From NCBI GenBank assembly GCA_964016885.1, contig OZ024745.1, positions 37,386,001 to 37,450,000 of the forward strand: DNA of 64,000 nucleotides, read 5' to 3'. The position numbers and the translations under genes are program-made. The stretch comes from Eledone cirrhosa. Its lineage: Eukaryota. Below, piece after piece: positions 15,040-29,348 of this stretch. The notes under the pieces are model-generated. The model was not told the DNA's origin. It searched no databases and worked only from the letters and a program-made list of their open reading frames with translations. Positions within the stretch are counted from its first letter, which is position 1. The number at the start of each line of letters is the position of its first letter.

Positions 15040-16050
15040 ATGGCAACTGCTGGTCCCACCGTAAACCTCGCCACACACACCTCATACAGCCACGCCACTG
15101 CCCCATCAATCTTCCCACGCCAGCATTATGATACCACCACCAAACACATCACCATCAACCTCACCCTCCACCGTCATCTACCACACATCACCCACTATCA
15201 TCACCAATATTGCAACGTCGGCCTCTTATACAATCAACCCCACCACATCAATATCAGCTACACCTAACTATCCTTAACCACATCACTCTAGTGTTAATCA
15301 CACCACTTCACCACCATTCTCACTACTCCCCCCTCAACTACATCACAGACACATCACCCACACCACTCCACCATTAAACCCCAAACACCACCATCAAAAA
15401 CAGCACACCATCACCAACTCTAATATTATACCATCAACCATGCCACAACACTATCATCAACCACACTATGCCACTATCACTCATACCACGCCACCATCAA
15501 CAACACTGCTCCAATGTAAAGCACACAATATGACTTTTAACCACACAACCCAGCCATAAACTTCACAACTCCACCATCAACCATACAATTCTCCCATCTA
15601 TACCATTCTACCATTAAACCATATCTCCCCACCGCACCACCATTAATTATACCACTCCACCAACCTCCACACAGCAACATCATAAATCGCATAATTCCAC
15701 AACACATTACACCACACCTCCCCTTAAACACATTACTCCAACATAAACATACAACTCCACCATTAACCTTACTCCACTACTATCAACCTCACAACTTTTC
15801 CCTCAAATTCCCTACTCTACCATCAACACACCCACCACTTCACCATCAACCTTACCACTTCACCATCAACTACACCCCTCTTACATAAAACAAACTACAC
15901 CACCATTAACCTTACCCTACTACCATCAACCTCTCAACTTCACCCTCAAATTCCCTATTCTAGCATCAACTCCCCTCATCCCACTATCATCAACACCAAC
16001 CCACTACCATCAGCCTCACCACTCTACCACCCCACCCTCCACCACATTAG
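15040..16050. repeat. Degenerate CA/ACC-rich low-complexity array
   Basis: Repeated CACCATCAAC-like words. Confidence 0.85.
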
Positions 16051-16254
16051 TCTGGAAGGTTACTACTACCATTCATTAGTTCAGTACTGAATCCTGCCTC
16101 TAACGTCCTACGCTACTTAATATTATTGGCGGGAAGTATAGTAGTAATGAGAACGCACCTTGTCTCACACACCTGCACTCATTTAACAACAACATACACG
16201 TGTACGTTTATAGAATGAGACACGGCTTATTCTAAACACTGCCAAACTGTCTAT

Positions 16255-16750
<496 letters not shown>

Positions 16751-17754
16751 GTGCAAATTGACTGTAAAAGTATAGAGGTGTATCCGTATATGGTTTATTG
16801 CATGCATGTGTACGTCAACGTATGTACATGTGTATGAATATACGACTGTGTGATGGAGCAAGGCTGGGCGGATGCGGGTGCAGGTGTTTGCAATATATGT
16901 ATACAAGTGCGGATGCAGTTTGGGCGAATGGTTCAGAAGTTGGCTTCACAAACATTAGATTCGGGATTCGATACCACTGCGTATCTTCTTGGGCCTCAGT
17001 TCGATGCATACATTATGAGTGAAATAGTGAAAAAGGAAATTGTTTGGAAGCCCCTCGGATGAACAGTATCTGTAATTCAAAAGGTCAGCCTTGCCACATA
17101 CAGCGTCACGCTGAATCTCACTGAGAATTGCATTAATAGGGGCGGTGGAAGCATATCGGAATTAGGGTGGCCAAATTTGGTCAATTTAGTTGTTGTGATT
17201 AATTTTGCTCATTACACACTAAAATTGTGAGAAAACTTCGATATGCGATGAACATAACATCTACATAAATTGTAGCGCATATCCAAATAGGTGTCTGTTT
17301 TGGTAGTTTGGGGTGAAAAATATCAAATTATTGGTGGGGAAACATGGCCCAATCAGCATTTCTGAATTGGGTGGGCTGGGGAGGGTTGGGGTGGGGTGGT
17401 GTGGATTTGGTCAATTTAGTCTTAGTGATTGTTTTAGCTTTTTGCACTCTAAAATAGTTTGGAAATGCAATTTGACTCTAAGCAGGTTTCAATAATTATA
17501 AAGTGAAATCTGTCTCTGAATACACATTCTAGCAATTGGCAAATAGTGATATGTTGAGAAAAAGTTATGACATGACAAAAAATTTACTGTGAATTTTAAC
17601 ATAATATATTATTAAATATCAAGATATAAAAAAAAAAACTTCGATATGCGATAAACATAACATGTACATAAATTGTAGCATATATACAAATAGATGTATT
17701 TTGGTAGTTTAGGGAGAAAAATATAAATATTGCGGGGGCTTTGTTCATTATTAT

Positions 17755-17935
17755 TGGGTGGATTGGTAGTATCGGTAGAGAGTCGGACACCATGCTTTGA
17801 AGCATAGAGTTAGTCTCTTTATGATCTGAGTTCAAATCCCGCCGAGGTTAACCTTGCCTTTCATCCTTACGGGGTCGATAAAATAAAGTGCCAGTAATGT
17901 ACTGGCCTTGTGTCAAAACTAGAAACAATTATTAT
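17755..17935 (+). mobile_element. Nin-domain-like tRNA SINE
   Basis: A box, GAGTTCAAATCCC B box, central domain. Confidence 0.88.
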
Positions 17936-18146
17936 TGCCGCGCGGCTAAAGTCTGGTTTTTCTTTGCCTTCACCCTCTTTTTTTTTTTTATTTTATGTGT
18001 GTGTGTGTGTGGGGGGGGGTGTATGTGTGTGTGTGTGTGTGTGTTTGTGCTTATAGAATGAGACACGGCTTATTCTAAACACTGCCAAACTGTCTATTTG
18101 TGTGCTGTGTGTGTTTGTGTGTTTGTGTGTGTGTGTGTGTGTGTGT

Positions 18147-18185
<39 letters not shown>

Positions 18186-18288
18186 TGTGTATGTATGTGT
18201 GTGTGTTAATACAAACTTGATTATATCTTTGAATAAGTGAGAAAACTACCGTGGCATAGTCGATTCTCTTCGAGTAATTTCGTATACC

Positions 18289-18940
18289 TATATGAATGAA
18301 AAATGGCGTGCTGCGTTGTTGCGAATGTGATATAAGTGAAATAAAAAATAGAGCAAGAAACCACGACTATCCATCATCGGTGATCTTCTGGCTATCATCG
18401 GTATTTCTTCGCATTAAAAACCAGATACCTCAAGACAGTGCGAGCAATAACTAAAATAAGTTATTGGGATAAAAAGAATTGGTAAGGCAACGTAAAGAGA
18501 GGAAAATGAGAAAACAAGTCAGTGATACATTGTGAACTTAAGTTCTAGCAAATCAATGACGAGAAGAAATGACGCATCCAAACCTAGCGAAATGTGAGTG
18601 ACAACAGGATTTCACACAGGTCAGACGGGAGGAAGTGAGAGAGGGGAGTAGCAGAGAGTGAGGGAGTGAAAGTGTGAGGAAGAGCCAGCCGAGAGAGGGT
18701 GACCAGCAGAGATGGTGAATGAAAGTAAGAGATACAAGGAGAGAGAAGGGGTAGAGAGAAAGAGGATAGCAGTAAGGTGATAGAAACAGACAGGTCACAG
18801 CGGAGGGAAAAATATATATGAATGAAAAATGGCGTGCTGCGTTGTTGCGAATGTGATACAAGTGAAATAAAAAGTAGAGCAAGAAACCAGGACTATCCAT
18901 CATCAGTGATCTTCTGGCTATCATCGGTATTTCTTCGCAT
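18289..18940 (-). mobile_element. Non-coding element with about 125-bp terminal direct repeats (period about 526)
   Basis: 18291-18414 repeated at 18817-18940; homologous sequence at 30388-30506(-) and 41562-42259(+). Confidence 0.7.
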
Positions 18941-19219
18941 ATAATCTCCCAGGCGACTACCCTATATGCAAATTTTAAGTTGAACCTTTTTATTTATTTA
19001 TTCTGGTTCGATATTTTTATTTATTGTTCGCAAATATGACTTTGTTTCTCTACAGAAACACCCTGGTTAAGTTCTTTTGGTGCGTTTTCATCGTGCTTCC
19101 TAAAAACGGTAAGGTCCGGCTTACTTCCTCTTTGATGTGAAGTCACGTTTCACTAAAAGTCTAAGTTTACTATTACACTCAGTAATGACCCCTACTGCAT
19201 CGTTAACTGACATTTCCAT

Positions 19220-20180
19220 TCGTGGGAGGCTAACAACCACTGAGGAAGCGATTTCGAGGAAAATTACGTAATGTCTCCTGACATTACCTAATTTCTGCGA
19301 ACGGTGGTTCAAATCGGTTTATTTTTACAGAAACATATTTTTACAGGAATTTGCATGCATTAATATCCTATCCACGCGAAGTCGTTTGCTTACTGATTAA
19401 CAAATGTGTACACTCTTGTTGATGGGTTTGCATTTTTAATAACACAAACTTAATTATATCATTGAGTGAGTGAGAAAGCGATTGGGGCAGTGTCGATTGT
19501 CTTATATACTGTGTCCATTTTGGCAATCACACTTGCACCATTCCGTTTTATCGTCTTACTTGACTATGTTCTAAATCAGACAAACTCCAGCCATGCATTA
19601 ACATTGCAGCCAGAAAAACCTGAAGTTGTTCCACCCGATTTAGTCTTAACAAACGACGTTGACTTACTCAACTCGTCAGAAGCTGTTGCAGCAGATCATC
19701 TCAGTAACATTCAAGAGACTGCTTCCCATGTTGGCTTTGGAATTGAAATAGAGTAAATTATGGCTATGTATATAAATTACACCCGTACCGGACCCGACCC
19801 ACCAGGTCTGGAAAATAAGGAAATATTAATATACTTCAAATACTTGGGAGTCCGCACTGCCTCATTCCTAGACGACTTTCGTCAAAGGAATGCCATTGCT
19901 TTGAACATTTTCTGGAGGTTACAAACGGTTTGGAGGTCTAACAAAATCTCTCTTCAACTCAAGTTACGACTGTTTGATTCTTTAATTATCTCCATATTTT
20001 TCTATGGGGAAGATTTATGGACACTCAAACCCATCATTAAAAGAAAATCAATTTTACCCATTTGTCACTAGCTGCTACTATATTTCGTAGAGTATCAAAC
20101 GAACAGATAGAGCCAAAAACGAACAGTTCTGCAACCACAAATAGAAGAAAAACTTGCGGACATACTCATTATTGTGCTTT
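19220..20180 (+). pseudogene. Decayed RTE-clade LINE reverse transcriptase
   Basis: LAPFRFIVLLDYVL, DLVLTNDVDLL (decayed FADD motif), FKYLG, KISLQLKLRLFDSLIISIFFYGEDLWTL; upstream GGCTAACAACC motif. Confidence 0.8.
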
Positions 20181-21642
20181 ATATCGTAGACTTCTATAAA
20201 GTTTTTCTTAGGTTGAATGAGGGGATCTATTACGATAATATGATAATGAATTTCTGTACAAATAGCCAACATATACTGTCCACTGAAAGAACTTTATTAG
20301 TCTTTTAGTATACTGTACCAAAGTAGGATTTAACGATATTTCTTAAACGAAATCTTTTATTGGAATGACGGTGAATGAACTTAAAACAGGAGACTTGCAA
20401 CAGTTCTACCCAGGTATAATTGGAGACCGATAATTATCTGTAAGATTATAATCTTACAATATTTTCAACTTGCGTTGGTGTTTGCTTATAGGCACAATAG
20501 TACCAGAAATAATCTTTATTGCACACAAAGTATTAATATCCCAAAATGACGACTGCTTGATTTCAAGAGCGGACATGCTTTGTATTTGCAAAGCAAAATA
20601 TTTGCTGCGTTTTTACAAACGATATTGAATTCCAATGCTATAGTCTATTACATTTGAGCGAGATCTGTCTTACACGCTTCCATATTCTCACTTTTGTCTT
20701 TGTCATTACTTCATTTTTCTTTCTTTTTTCGTCACATTTAATTTCTGTAATCTCTCTTTCTCTTGTCGCGTGGGATGTTTATTTTCTGTTCCACTTTTTT
20801 CCTCTTCTTACTGTATCATTACATTGTACGGGATACCTATCACCAAAGGCGGTCTAATCATGATTATTGGACCTTTTATTCGGACATAGAGTATTATAAT
20901 CTGGACATCCCAATGTGTGCTTCCATATTTATAGTGATTAAGTGAGGGGAATTTAGCTGCTATTTCTAGCAGACTAAGTGAAAACAGGGTAGTAGTCTCG
21001 TTAACTTATTCCTTCCTGTTCCTGTTCATGTCTTCATTTAGTCATCAAATTTACCAGTGTTGAAGCAAAAGTAAAAGGCACTACTATACCAGAAAAAGAC
21101 CGATGAAGGCACAGTCATAGATGTGCGCGCAAATACACACACATGCAGACACACATACGCAGGCACACGTCAAAGTATGTATACAATGTACGGCAACAGT
21201 TGTGTAGGCACAAAGTAGAAATATTTTATTCACCGAAACGCACACATCCACACATTGACACGCACAAACATGCGCACTAACACACTTTCGGCGTGAATAC
21301 AAGCATAAAATCGTATATAGACTCATTCTTCATATACCTATTAGAACCCCAACCACTGTCATCACCACCACAGTCACCATAATTACTACTACTACTACTA
21401 CTAGCGCTAAAGTACAGCTACCATCTAGTATTGTTCATAGTTTTATGGTAAATGTTTTGGTTTTTATAATAGTTAATAGCAGAATTAATATCGAGCGAAC
21501 ATGGGCACACACACACACATACATGGGCATACACAAACATGGACACACACACACACACATGGGTACTGCACAGGTCTGTATTGTGTTTGGTGAGACGGCG
21601 GTATATTACAGATATTATAATTTACACATGTGGAAAATCCTT

Positions 21643-21700
<58 letters not shown>

Positions 21701-21938
21701 AATGTATAAATGTGTACCTGTTTGTGTATATGACTATATATATATATATGGATAATAAAGGGGGCGTACAAGACAAAGACAGCAGAAAAAAACGAACAGT
21801 CTTTTCTCTTCAGTCAATCTCTAGAAATTACTAGTTTCGGTTTTTAAAGGTTGGTACTACAAAACAGTGCACACCGGGGTGCAATAAGATGGGTTGGTAT
21901 AAGTCATCTTGTTCCTTTCATTGAATTACACAAATAAT

Positions 21939-22083
21939 TGTTTCTACATTTGGCACAAGGCCAGCAATTATACCAGTGTATTACTGGTGCTTTATTTTAT
22001 CGATCCCGTAAGGATGAAAGCAAGGTTAACCTCGGCGGTATTTGAACTCAGACCATAAAGGGACGTAACTCTTTGCTGCAAAG
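21939..22083 (-). mobile_element. 5'-truncated Nin-domain-like SINE with 20-bp TSD
   Basis: CATTGAATTACACAAATAAT at 21919-21938 and 22084-22103. Confidence 0.9.
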
Positions 22084-22776
22084 CATTGAATTACACAAAT
22101 AATGAAAAAAAAATTTACTTTAACTGAAGGGGAGGGTTACAACCACAGTACGCTGTAGCTTAGCCAAAAAGAGAAAAATGGAAAGAGGGAAATAGAAAAG
22201 AACATATTTGGACTACAGTGCTATGCACAAAGACAAAGAGAAATGGCAGGTAAGCAGAAGCAAGGTAGGAAAAGAAAAGAAGGATGACAGAAAAGAATTT
22301 CAGTTGATGTAATGTTTATTTTTTGATAGGTGTAAAAATGACCTGCGTGGAAAATAAACGAAGCGCACAAGACAAAGACAACGGAAAGGCACAATGTGCC
22401 CTGTGCCTAGCTGTTTTGTTGCCTCCCAATGTGCAGAGGAAAGAATTGTATCAATCTTAATGTACCTTATATATATATGTATGTGTGTGTGTGTGTGGAA
22501 GAACGTGTTTCCGTGGTTAGAGTGTTGGACATACGATCATAGAGTCATCAGTTGGATTACTCGACTATCGGCGCATTGTGTTCTTGAGCAAGATACTTTA
22601 TTTCATATTTCGCTTTCTGTCTGAAAGTGCGACCGACACATTGTATCACATTGAAAAATTAATGGAAACATTGCTTCTATTGTCTGATCGGACGGCAACC
22701 TCCTTTCTTTTCCATGTATATCGTTGGCTCTGCATCGTTTCCCAGTATATTTGTTCCATCCTTTCAATTTTCTTAT

Positions 22777-22840
<64 letters not shown>

Positions 22841-23629
22841 AGATCAAAAGATGGTTAAAAGAGTTCCATGTATTTTATTATGCGCATTTCAAAAACAAAT
22901 ATCATCATGGGATGATATTTGCGTTCTCATCAGATAAAATAGGGAGACATGATATGAAGCTTAAAAAACACTTGCGAGCAGTGAAGTGTTAAATCAACAT
23001 ATGAAAAATAAAATAAGATGGATATATGAGGTTGGGAAAAAAAAGAAGGAATGGGGAAGGAAAAGGTAAGGAAGAGGAAGAAAGAAAATAATAATAAAAA
23101 AAAATATATAATAATCAGCAAAGGATGACGGAGGAGGATTATAAGAAGGAAGGATGAGAGAGGAGGAGAAATGAGTGAGAGAGAGAGAGATAACCTTTAA
23201 TACTGAGAAACACTGTCTCACAAAGAGAAATAAAAAAAAAACCGTTGTAAGATAATACATAATTTTAAAAAATGTTGAAATTAAAAGTTAATGAGGTTTA
23301 TGAATGGTGATGTTTATGATTAAAGAAAAGGAATTAAGAATAGTATTTATTTAAGGTTTATATATTGAAGGGTTTAATAATATGTGCGAAAAGGAATTTA
23401 TTAAAATATATGAGGGCAAAGGTCATTCAACAGTGTGTATATTTACCTGACTATATATATATGTGTTGTGATACTTATTTAAAGACACATAGAAAAAGAT
23501 ATTCCTATTTGAAATTTGCAGTGGTTTTCGCCTTTTTGCCTTGTTTTTGCTGTTGCCACGCTTAATGGTTTGAAACATTTAGAGGGTGGCCCTTGTGTCA
23601 CACAAGCTTTTGTCATTTTAAATATCGGC

Positions 23630-23932
23630 AGCCGAAAATTATTTAGCTGAAAATTCCATCCTGAAAATTTCAGCCTCAAAAATTTAACCTCATAATAATT
23701 TCATCCCACAAGAACTAAACGTTCGTTTGTAAGTAATTATCATTTTAAACTGTCAGTTACCTTCATGTCAACAACACTGTTTTGGTCGCGTTTTTCGACA
23801 ATCATTGCAGAAATTACTTGGAAAATAATTATGTGGGGTGAAATTTTCGTAGGGAGAATGTTATAGGATTAAACGTTCAAGGGTGGAAATTTCAGGGTGG
23901 AATGTTCGGTTAGGAATTTTCTGGGGCGGAAT
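23630..23932. mobile_element. Probable MITE with inverted subterminal arrays of about 15-bp repeats
   Basis: Left (CTGAAAATTCCATC)-like units mirrored by right (GGGTGGAAATTTCA)-like units. Confidence 0.5.
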
Positions 23933-24254
23933 ATACATGGAAGCATAAAATCTGATTCACATTTTATCTTTTCATTTTTATTTTCATCTTCCACTTCACA
24001 CAACACCATTCCAGAAAGGGATTTCTTGGAGCCACACACAAACGTCGGATCTTTCAAGGTTTGAACACAAAGCGTAAAAAGCAGAAATAAATACAAGACA
24101 TTTTGTGTCCTTTCATTGTTTTAATTTGCTAAGCAGCTCACCCGCCTGCCATCCAGCCATCCAGGCAGCCAACCATACATCTATCCCATACATCTAGCCA
24201 TCCATCTATCTAGCCAGTCAGCTATACATTTACCCATCTAGCCATCCAGCCATC

Positions 24255-24549
24255 CAGCCCGCCATCTAGCCAGCCAAACTCTACCTGCCACCCACCCTTC
24301 CTGCCAACCAGCAAGTCAGCCAGCCAGCCATCCCGCCATCTAGCCAGCCAATCTCTACCTGCCACCCACCCTTCCTGCCAACCAGCAAGTCAGCCAGCCA
24401 GCCATCCCGCCATCTAGCCAGCCAATCTCTACCTGCCACCCACCCTTCCTACCAACCAGCAAGTCAGCCAGCCAGCCATCCCTCCATCTAGCCAGCCAAT
24501 CTCTACCTGCCACCCACCCTTCCTACCAACCAGCAAGTCAGCCAGCCAG
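24255..24549. repeat. 74-bp minisatellite, about 4 copies
   Basis: CCAGCAAGTC recurs at 24308, 24382, 24456 and 24530. Confidence 0.95.
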
Positions 24550-25559
24550 ACTGCCTGTTTCACTGGTCAGCCTACATAAGTTTATTTTCCCCTAGAATAG
24601 TTACCTGGCTTGCCATGGCAGCTTGCTTGGGTATTACCTACAGTTGCCTGCCAGGCCGGCTGACTGTTTGCCTGCTTGCCTGTGTGTTCATCTTTATAAC
24701 AGTAAAATTGATCATTGATTCATTGATTGCACGAGTCGGCAGCGTCGCTCCACCATTTTTGGATGGGACCTCAATAACAACCACCATATACAGATTCATT
24801 CATATATATATATATATGTGTGTATGTGCGCGTGTGGGTGTGTGTGTGTGCGTGTGTGCGCGCGCGCACGCGTTTGTGTTTGTGTATGGCCCTCTACGGG
24901 TAATTTGCTTCAGTCAGTTGTGCTACTAAGGTCTTTCTTCGCTACCCACCCCTTCTAGTATTCTTTCTTTCTCATCCTCGTCTTTTATTCGCCTACCCAC
25001 CCACCGTTTCATGCAACACTGAAGCACGCGGGCAAGCACTGCGCTACTGTGATCACACGTGTGTGGTGGGGTGTACCGCCAATCATTGCTGCAAACAAGT
25101 GAACACGTTCATTTTTCAAAAAACAACAATAATACCAATAACAACAGCAACAGCCACCCCACAAACACACCCTAGTCTCTGTGTCTCTCTCACACACATA
25201 CATATACACACACACACCAAACTTCTGTCACCATAGTGTTAGCAGCATAAGAATGGTAAATCACAACATTATTACCAATGTATATAATAAGTCATTGTAT
25301 ATACATAATAGTTTGGACGATTGATGCCAGCAGATACTAACACATCATATTGTCATAGACTCAAGTATGCAATCTGTACATACAGTCTGGCTTACTCGCT
25401 TCTGGGGTTGCGTGTATTTTTGTGCCTTTATTTTCATTATATAAATAATCATTATTGGTCATCCATAAGTCATTCCATTCATTCACTTACTCAGCCATAA
25501 GCTCCCTTATTTCTTTCATTTGTATTACGGCCAGTTGTTATTATTGTGGGTACTATATG

Positions 25560-26135
25560 GGCGGTGGATTGACAGAATCGTTAGAGAGGCGGACAAAATG
25601 CTTTACATTCTGAGTTCAAATCCCTCTGAAGCTCACTTAGCCTTTCATCCAGTACTAGTCAAATACTGAGTCAATAAATCGACTTACCCTATACCTCGCA
25701 ATAGCTGGCGTTGCACTCAAATTAGAAACAATTTAAAGCAGTGGATTGACAGAATCATTAGAGCACCGACAAATGTTTAGCGTAATTATGCCAGCACTCT
25801 ACACTTCTGAGTTCAAATATCTCTGAGGTGAATTTCGTCTTTCATCGATAAAATAAAGTACCAGTCAATTACTAGGGCAATTTTAAGCGATTCCCTTCGC
25901 CCAACATTGCTGGCATTATACCTATACATAGAGATAATTACATAACATTATGGATTGGCAGTATCGATAGAGGGTCGGACGCCATGCTTTGACGCATAGA
26001 GTTACGGCCCTTGCCATTCTGAGTTCAAATCCCGCCGAGGTTAACTTTGCCTGTCATCCTTACGGGGTCGATAAAATAAAGTACCAGTAATGTACTGGGT
26101 AATTTATGGCCTTGTGCCAATAGTAGAAACAATTA
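25560..26135 (+). mobile_element. Three tandem Nin-domain-like SINEs
   Basis: A/B boxes and central domain; best-preserved copy 25950-26135. Confidence 0.85.
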
Positions 26136-26799
26136 TACCTCTACAAGAAAGCATTATTGTTGTTATAGTGGTTGTTGTTGCCACTGCTGATGTTGTAAAC
26201 AATTTTATGAAACTGAGAATTGTGCAGACATGTTGTTGTTATTTTAATACACCCTATTGCCTCTTATCTTAACAGATAAATCTATAAGTTGTAATGTTTA
26301 TATTATTCATAACTCATAAGAATTGTACTTTGTTTTTGCTGTAGGAGAATCATTAGGCCGCTGGACAAAATGCGTTCCGAGTTCTAATTAGGTCATCTCT
26401 GTCTTTCATACATTTGGCGTTGATAAAATAAAGTGCCAGGTTAGGGCAGTGGATCAGCAGAAATTATAGAGCGTCAAATGCGATATTGGTCCCGGCTCAG
26501 TTTTCTGAGTTCAAATCCCGCAGTCACCTACTTGGGTGACAGACTAACTCGGTTTAACATCACCACTTGGTCCCTCGAATCATGTCTGCCTCTCTCATAT
26601 CAGTCTCAGTGACCCTGAAAAGGATTATAAGCTCTGTTCTTTCTTTCAAGAATCGAAATAACATTTACTTTTATCAATACTGCTTGTCGATTGCCAAATC
26701 CTCTTCAGGAATTAGTCACTATAAATGTTTGTCTTAGTATGTAAGGAATTTACTCATGTTGGTAGGTTTTACCAGACCTCTGACGTTGAGCAGTAACAC

Positions 26800-27270
26800 T
26801 GGTGTACTGATGTGTCATTTGGGTGTCAGACATGATCGCTGGTATGATATTTGAGTGGGTGTTAGTGGTGGCCACCCTGGCTCCTTTATTTGTGAAGGTC
26901 TTGAATGTTGGTTTGAATAACGTTGACTTCGTATTTGGTGTAGTCAAGCCACCTGTCTTACAATCTTTTCTGTAATGTCTAAATTAGATTGTTGTTCCGT
27001 TGCTACAGACTGTACTGCATCCGTATATTGATTTCTTATCGGGACAGGACGTGCAACATCAGCATATTTCCTGGACAGGGACCCTGTGTGCTGCGTTGTA
27101 TGTCCATGCCGGTTTCGGTTAACGTATTTAGGATGAGCAGGCTGGGTGCAAATCACATGGAGTCTGAAGTGAACAAATCTACAACCCAGTCTCTGCGATT
27201 CCATGCCAGAAGAGCTTCTTGGAAAAAGTATAGAGCACTTGGGATTTCGCTTTCACAGTGTTTCTGTTTC
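26800..27270 (-). pseudogene. Possible highly decayed CR1/Jockey-group RT remnant
   Basis: Frameshifted KLFWHGI..DWVVDLFTS and TQGPCPG resemble KLxxYGIxGxxxxWFxSYL and PQGSxLGP. Confidence 0.35.
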
Positions 27271-28319
27271 TCCTAATTCTCTTCTTTTTTCTTTAAACAG
27301 TTACTCACTGGTCACTTTTTGTCTGTTTATTTGTTTCTTTCTTCTTAGGGTCCACCTAGTGGTTCCTTATTTTACCATTACCGCATTTTGTTCACTTGGC
27401 CTATCTCCATTGTCATTGTCTGTATTATAGGCCATCTCACTCACAGCAGCTTTCAGATCCTTTGGGGCTTCTGTGGACCTTTTGTAACTAGATTACTAGG
27501 TAAGACAGGAGGGGAAACACAAGGAAAGAGAAAGAGAGATACTAGGAGAGAGAGAAATAGAAAGTGAGAGGGAGACGATTATAGTGTTTAGGGAGGGAAA
27601 GGAAAGAGAGGTCAGGAAGGTAAACAGTAAGAAGAGAGAAAAATACATAGAAAGAGAGATGGAAGGATAATGAGATCTTAATTTTGCACACACACACACG
27701 CGCGCGCACACATAAATACATCGATGCAGACACATATATATCCATTTAACTAAAATAAATAAGAAATGTCGATTTTTAAATAATGATATTTTTTTCTTTT
27801 CTTTACCCCGTAATAAAACATTAGTTAGTTAACTCAATACTCTCGAAAACTAGCTAAATAATTAAATAAAGGTTCTTCTTCTTCCCCGTCTCAAAGATTT
27901 CTGAATTTAAATAAATAAATAACGATAGACTATTTCAAGCACTAAAGATAATGAAAAAAAGTAGTATTTACCTTGGAGTTATTAAAAATTGGCACATTGA
28001 TTCAGATTTAAGTAAAAATAAAGGAAAGAGCTTACTTAACTGATAGGTAAATCAACATTTCAACATATGCAGGTGGAGAAATATATGAGGCATATACAGC
28101 ATCTAAATAAGAGAAATATACGAGAACCATCTGAAAATATAGACACTCATTTCAACTAAGGCCTTACAAATATTAATAGATATAAAATTTCCCTTCATAA
28201 CGCTTTGAAACTGGCTTTGAAACAATGAAAATAGAGTTTTAAAAAGTATATTTACAAGCGACAGACAAAAAAAAAAAAATTACCGTGACCACTTGCCACC
28301 ATATATATGTGTATGTATG

Positions 28320-28356
<37 letters not shown>

Positions 28357-28435
28357 CGTAAACAGAAATAACAAAGCAAATGACATTACAATGAATAAAT
28401 ATATTAGTTTAACGCTTGAAATAACAGGCAAAGTG

Positions 28436-28470
28436 TTTCAGCGTTTCGGACACTAGTCCTTCATCAGAAG
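28436..28470 (-). ncRNA. Decayed minimal HHR motif in a PLE-like 3' fragment (about 28353-28600)
   Basis: CUU-CUGAUGA-A-GGAC(UAGU)GUCC-GAAAC-GCU-GAA; core and stem II intact, cleavage triplet and stem I degenerate. Confidence 0.6.
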
Positions 28471-28602
28471 ATACAATGAGAAATAACAGATGAAATAGAA
28501 AAATAAAGCGTGAGAGGAGGAAAGAACGAAAACATTGATGACCCTATCAGAAGCAGGTGAGACTCCAGCGTAACAATCCTCACTATTTGAGGAATAGAAT
28601 GA

Positions 28603-28658
<56 letters not shown>

Positions 28659-28815
28659 ATTAAACCAGTATTAAACTAGTTAGACCATTATTCAACAAAG
28701 TGCTCGATACTTAGCAGAGTGTGACTATATTAAATTAGCTGTTGAAACGGCAAGAGCTCAGCCGCCGGGCCCTGTTTCTTTCTAATATATACGTATATGT
28801 ATATATATATATATA

Positions 28816-28998
28816 TAGAAGTGGTTACACAACAGTTAGTTCACCATACCAAGAACAATTGTTTCACCTTAGCGGATCCTCTAAGGTGAAACAATTGTTC
28901 TCGGTATGGTGAACTAACTGTTGTGTAACCACTTCTACCTAACTCGTCCCATGAACTGAGTGCTCTATCACTACGGATATTACCTTGCATTGTTCTAC

Positions 28999-29002
<4 letters not shown>
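28816..29002. mobile_element. Short fold-back element in (TA)n carrying a 3'-half HHR-like motif
   Basis: Near-perfect palindrome 28816-28937 centred on CACCTTAG(CGGATCCT)CTAAGGTG and followed by GAAACAATTGTT; unpaired tail to 29002. Confidence 0.75.
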
Positions 29003-29058
<56 letters not shown>

Positions 29059-29251
29059 GTTAAAAATGTACATCTACATATGCATACTGAAATACTAGTG
29101 TGTATATGAATACACACACGTATACATATGTAGGTGTACCAAGTCTTTCACTGGTCGCTTTACAGTGAGCGGCCCAGCTATTCTGTATGTAAACACACAG
29201 ACAAACCGGTTTTTAGAGTCATACTGGTTTTTGGGGGAACACCTTCCCCCT

Positions 29252-29348
29252 ATTCTCCAGAAAGCCAGACAAGGAATATTGAACTAGTTTCGTTGTTGTT
29301 ACAACTCATCAGCAATATTTACCTATCTACCGGCCCCTCTGGAGAATT
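29252..29348 (-). ncRNA. Type I hammerhead ribozyme motif
   Basis: Reverse complement of the 29995-30091 copy; TCATCAG at 29306-29312. Confidence 0.88.

Noticed and set aside
21822-21852. GAAACTAGTA on the - strand as an HHR 3' half
   Set aside because: No CUGANGA or matching stem I found; too little support (similar weak cases near 39700 and 44172)
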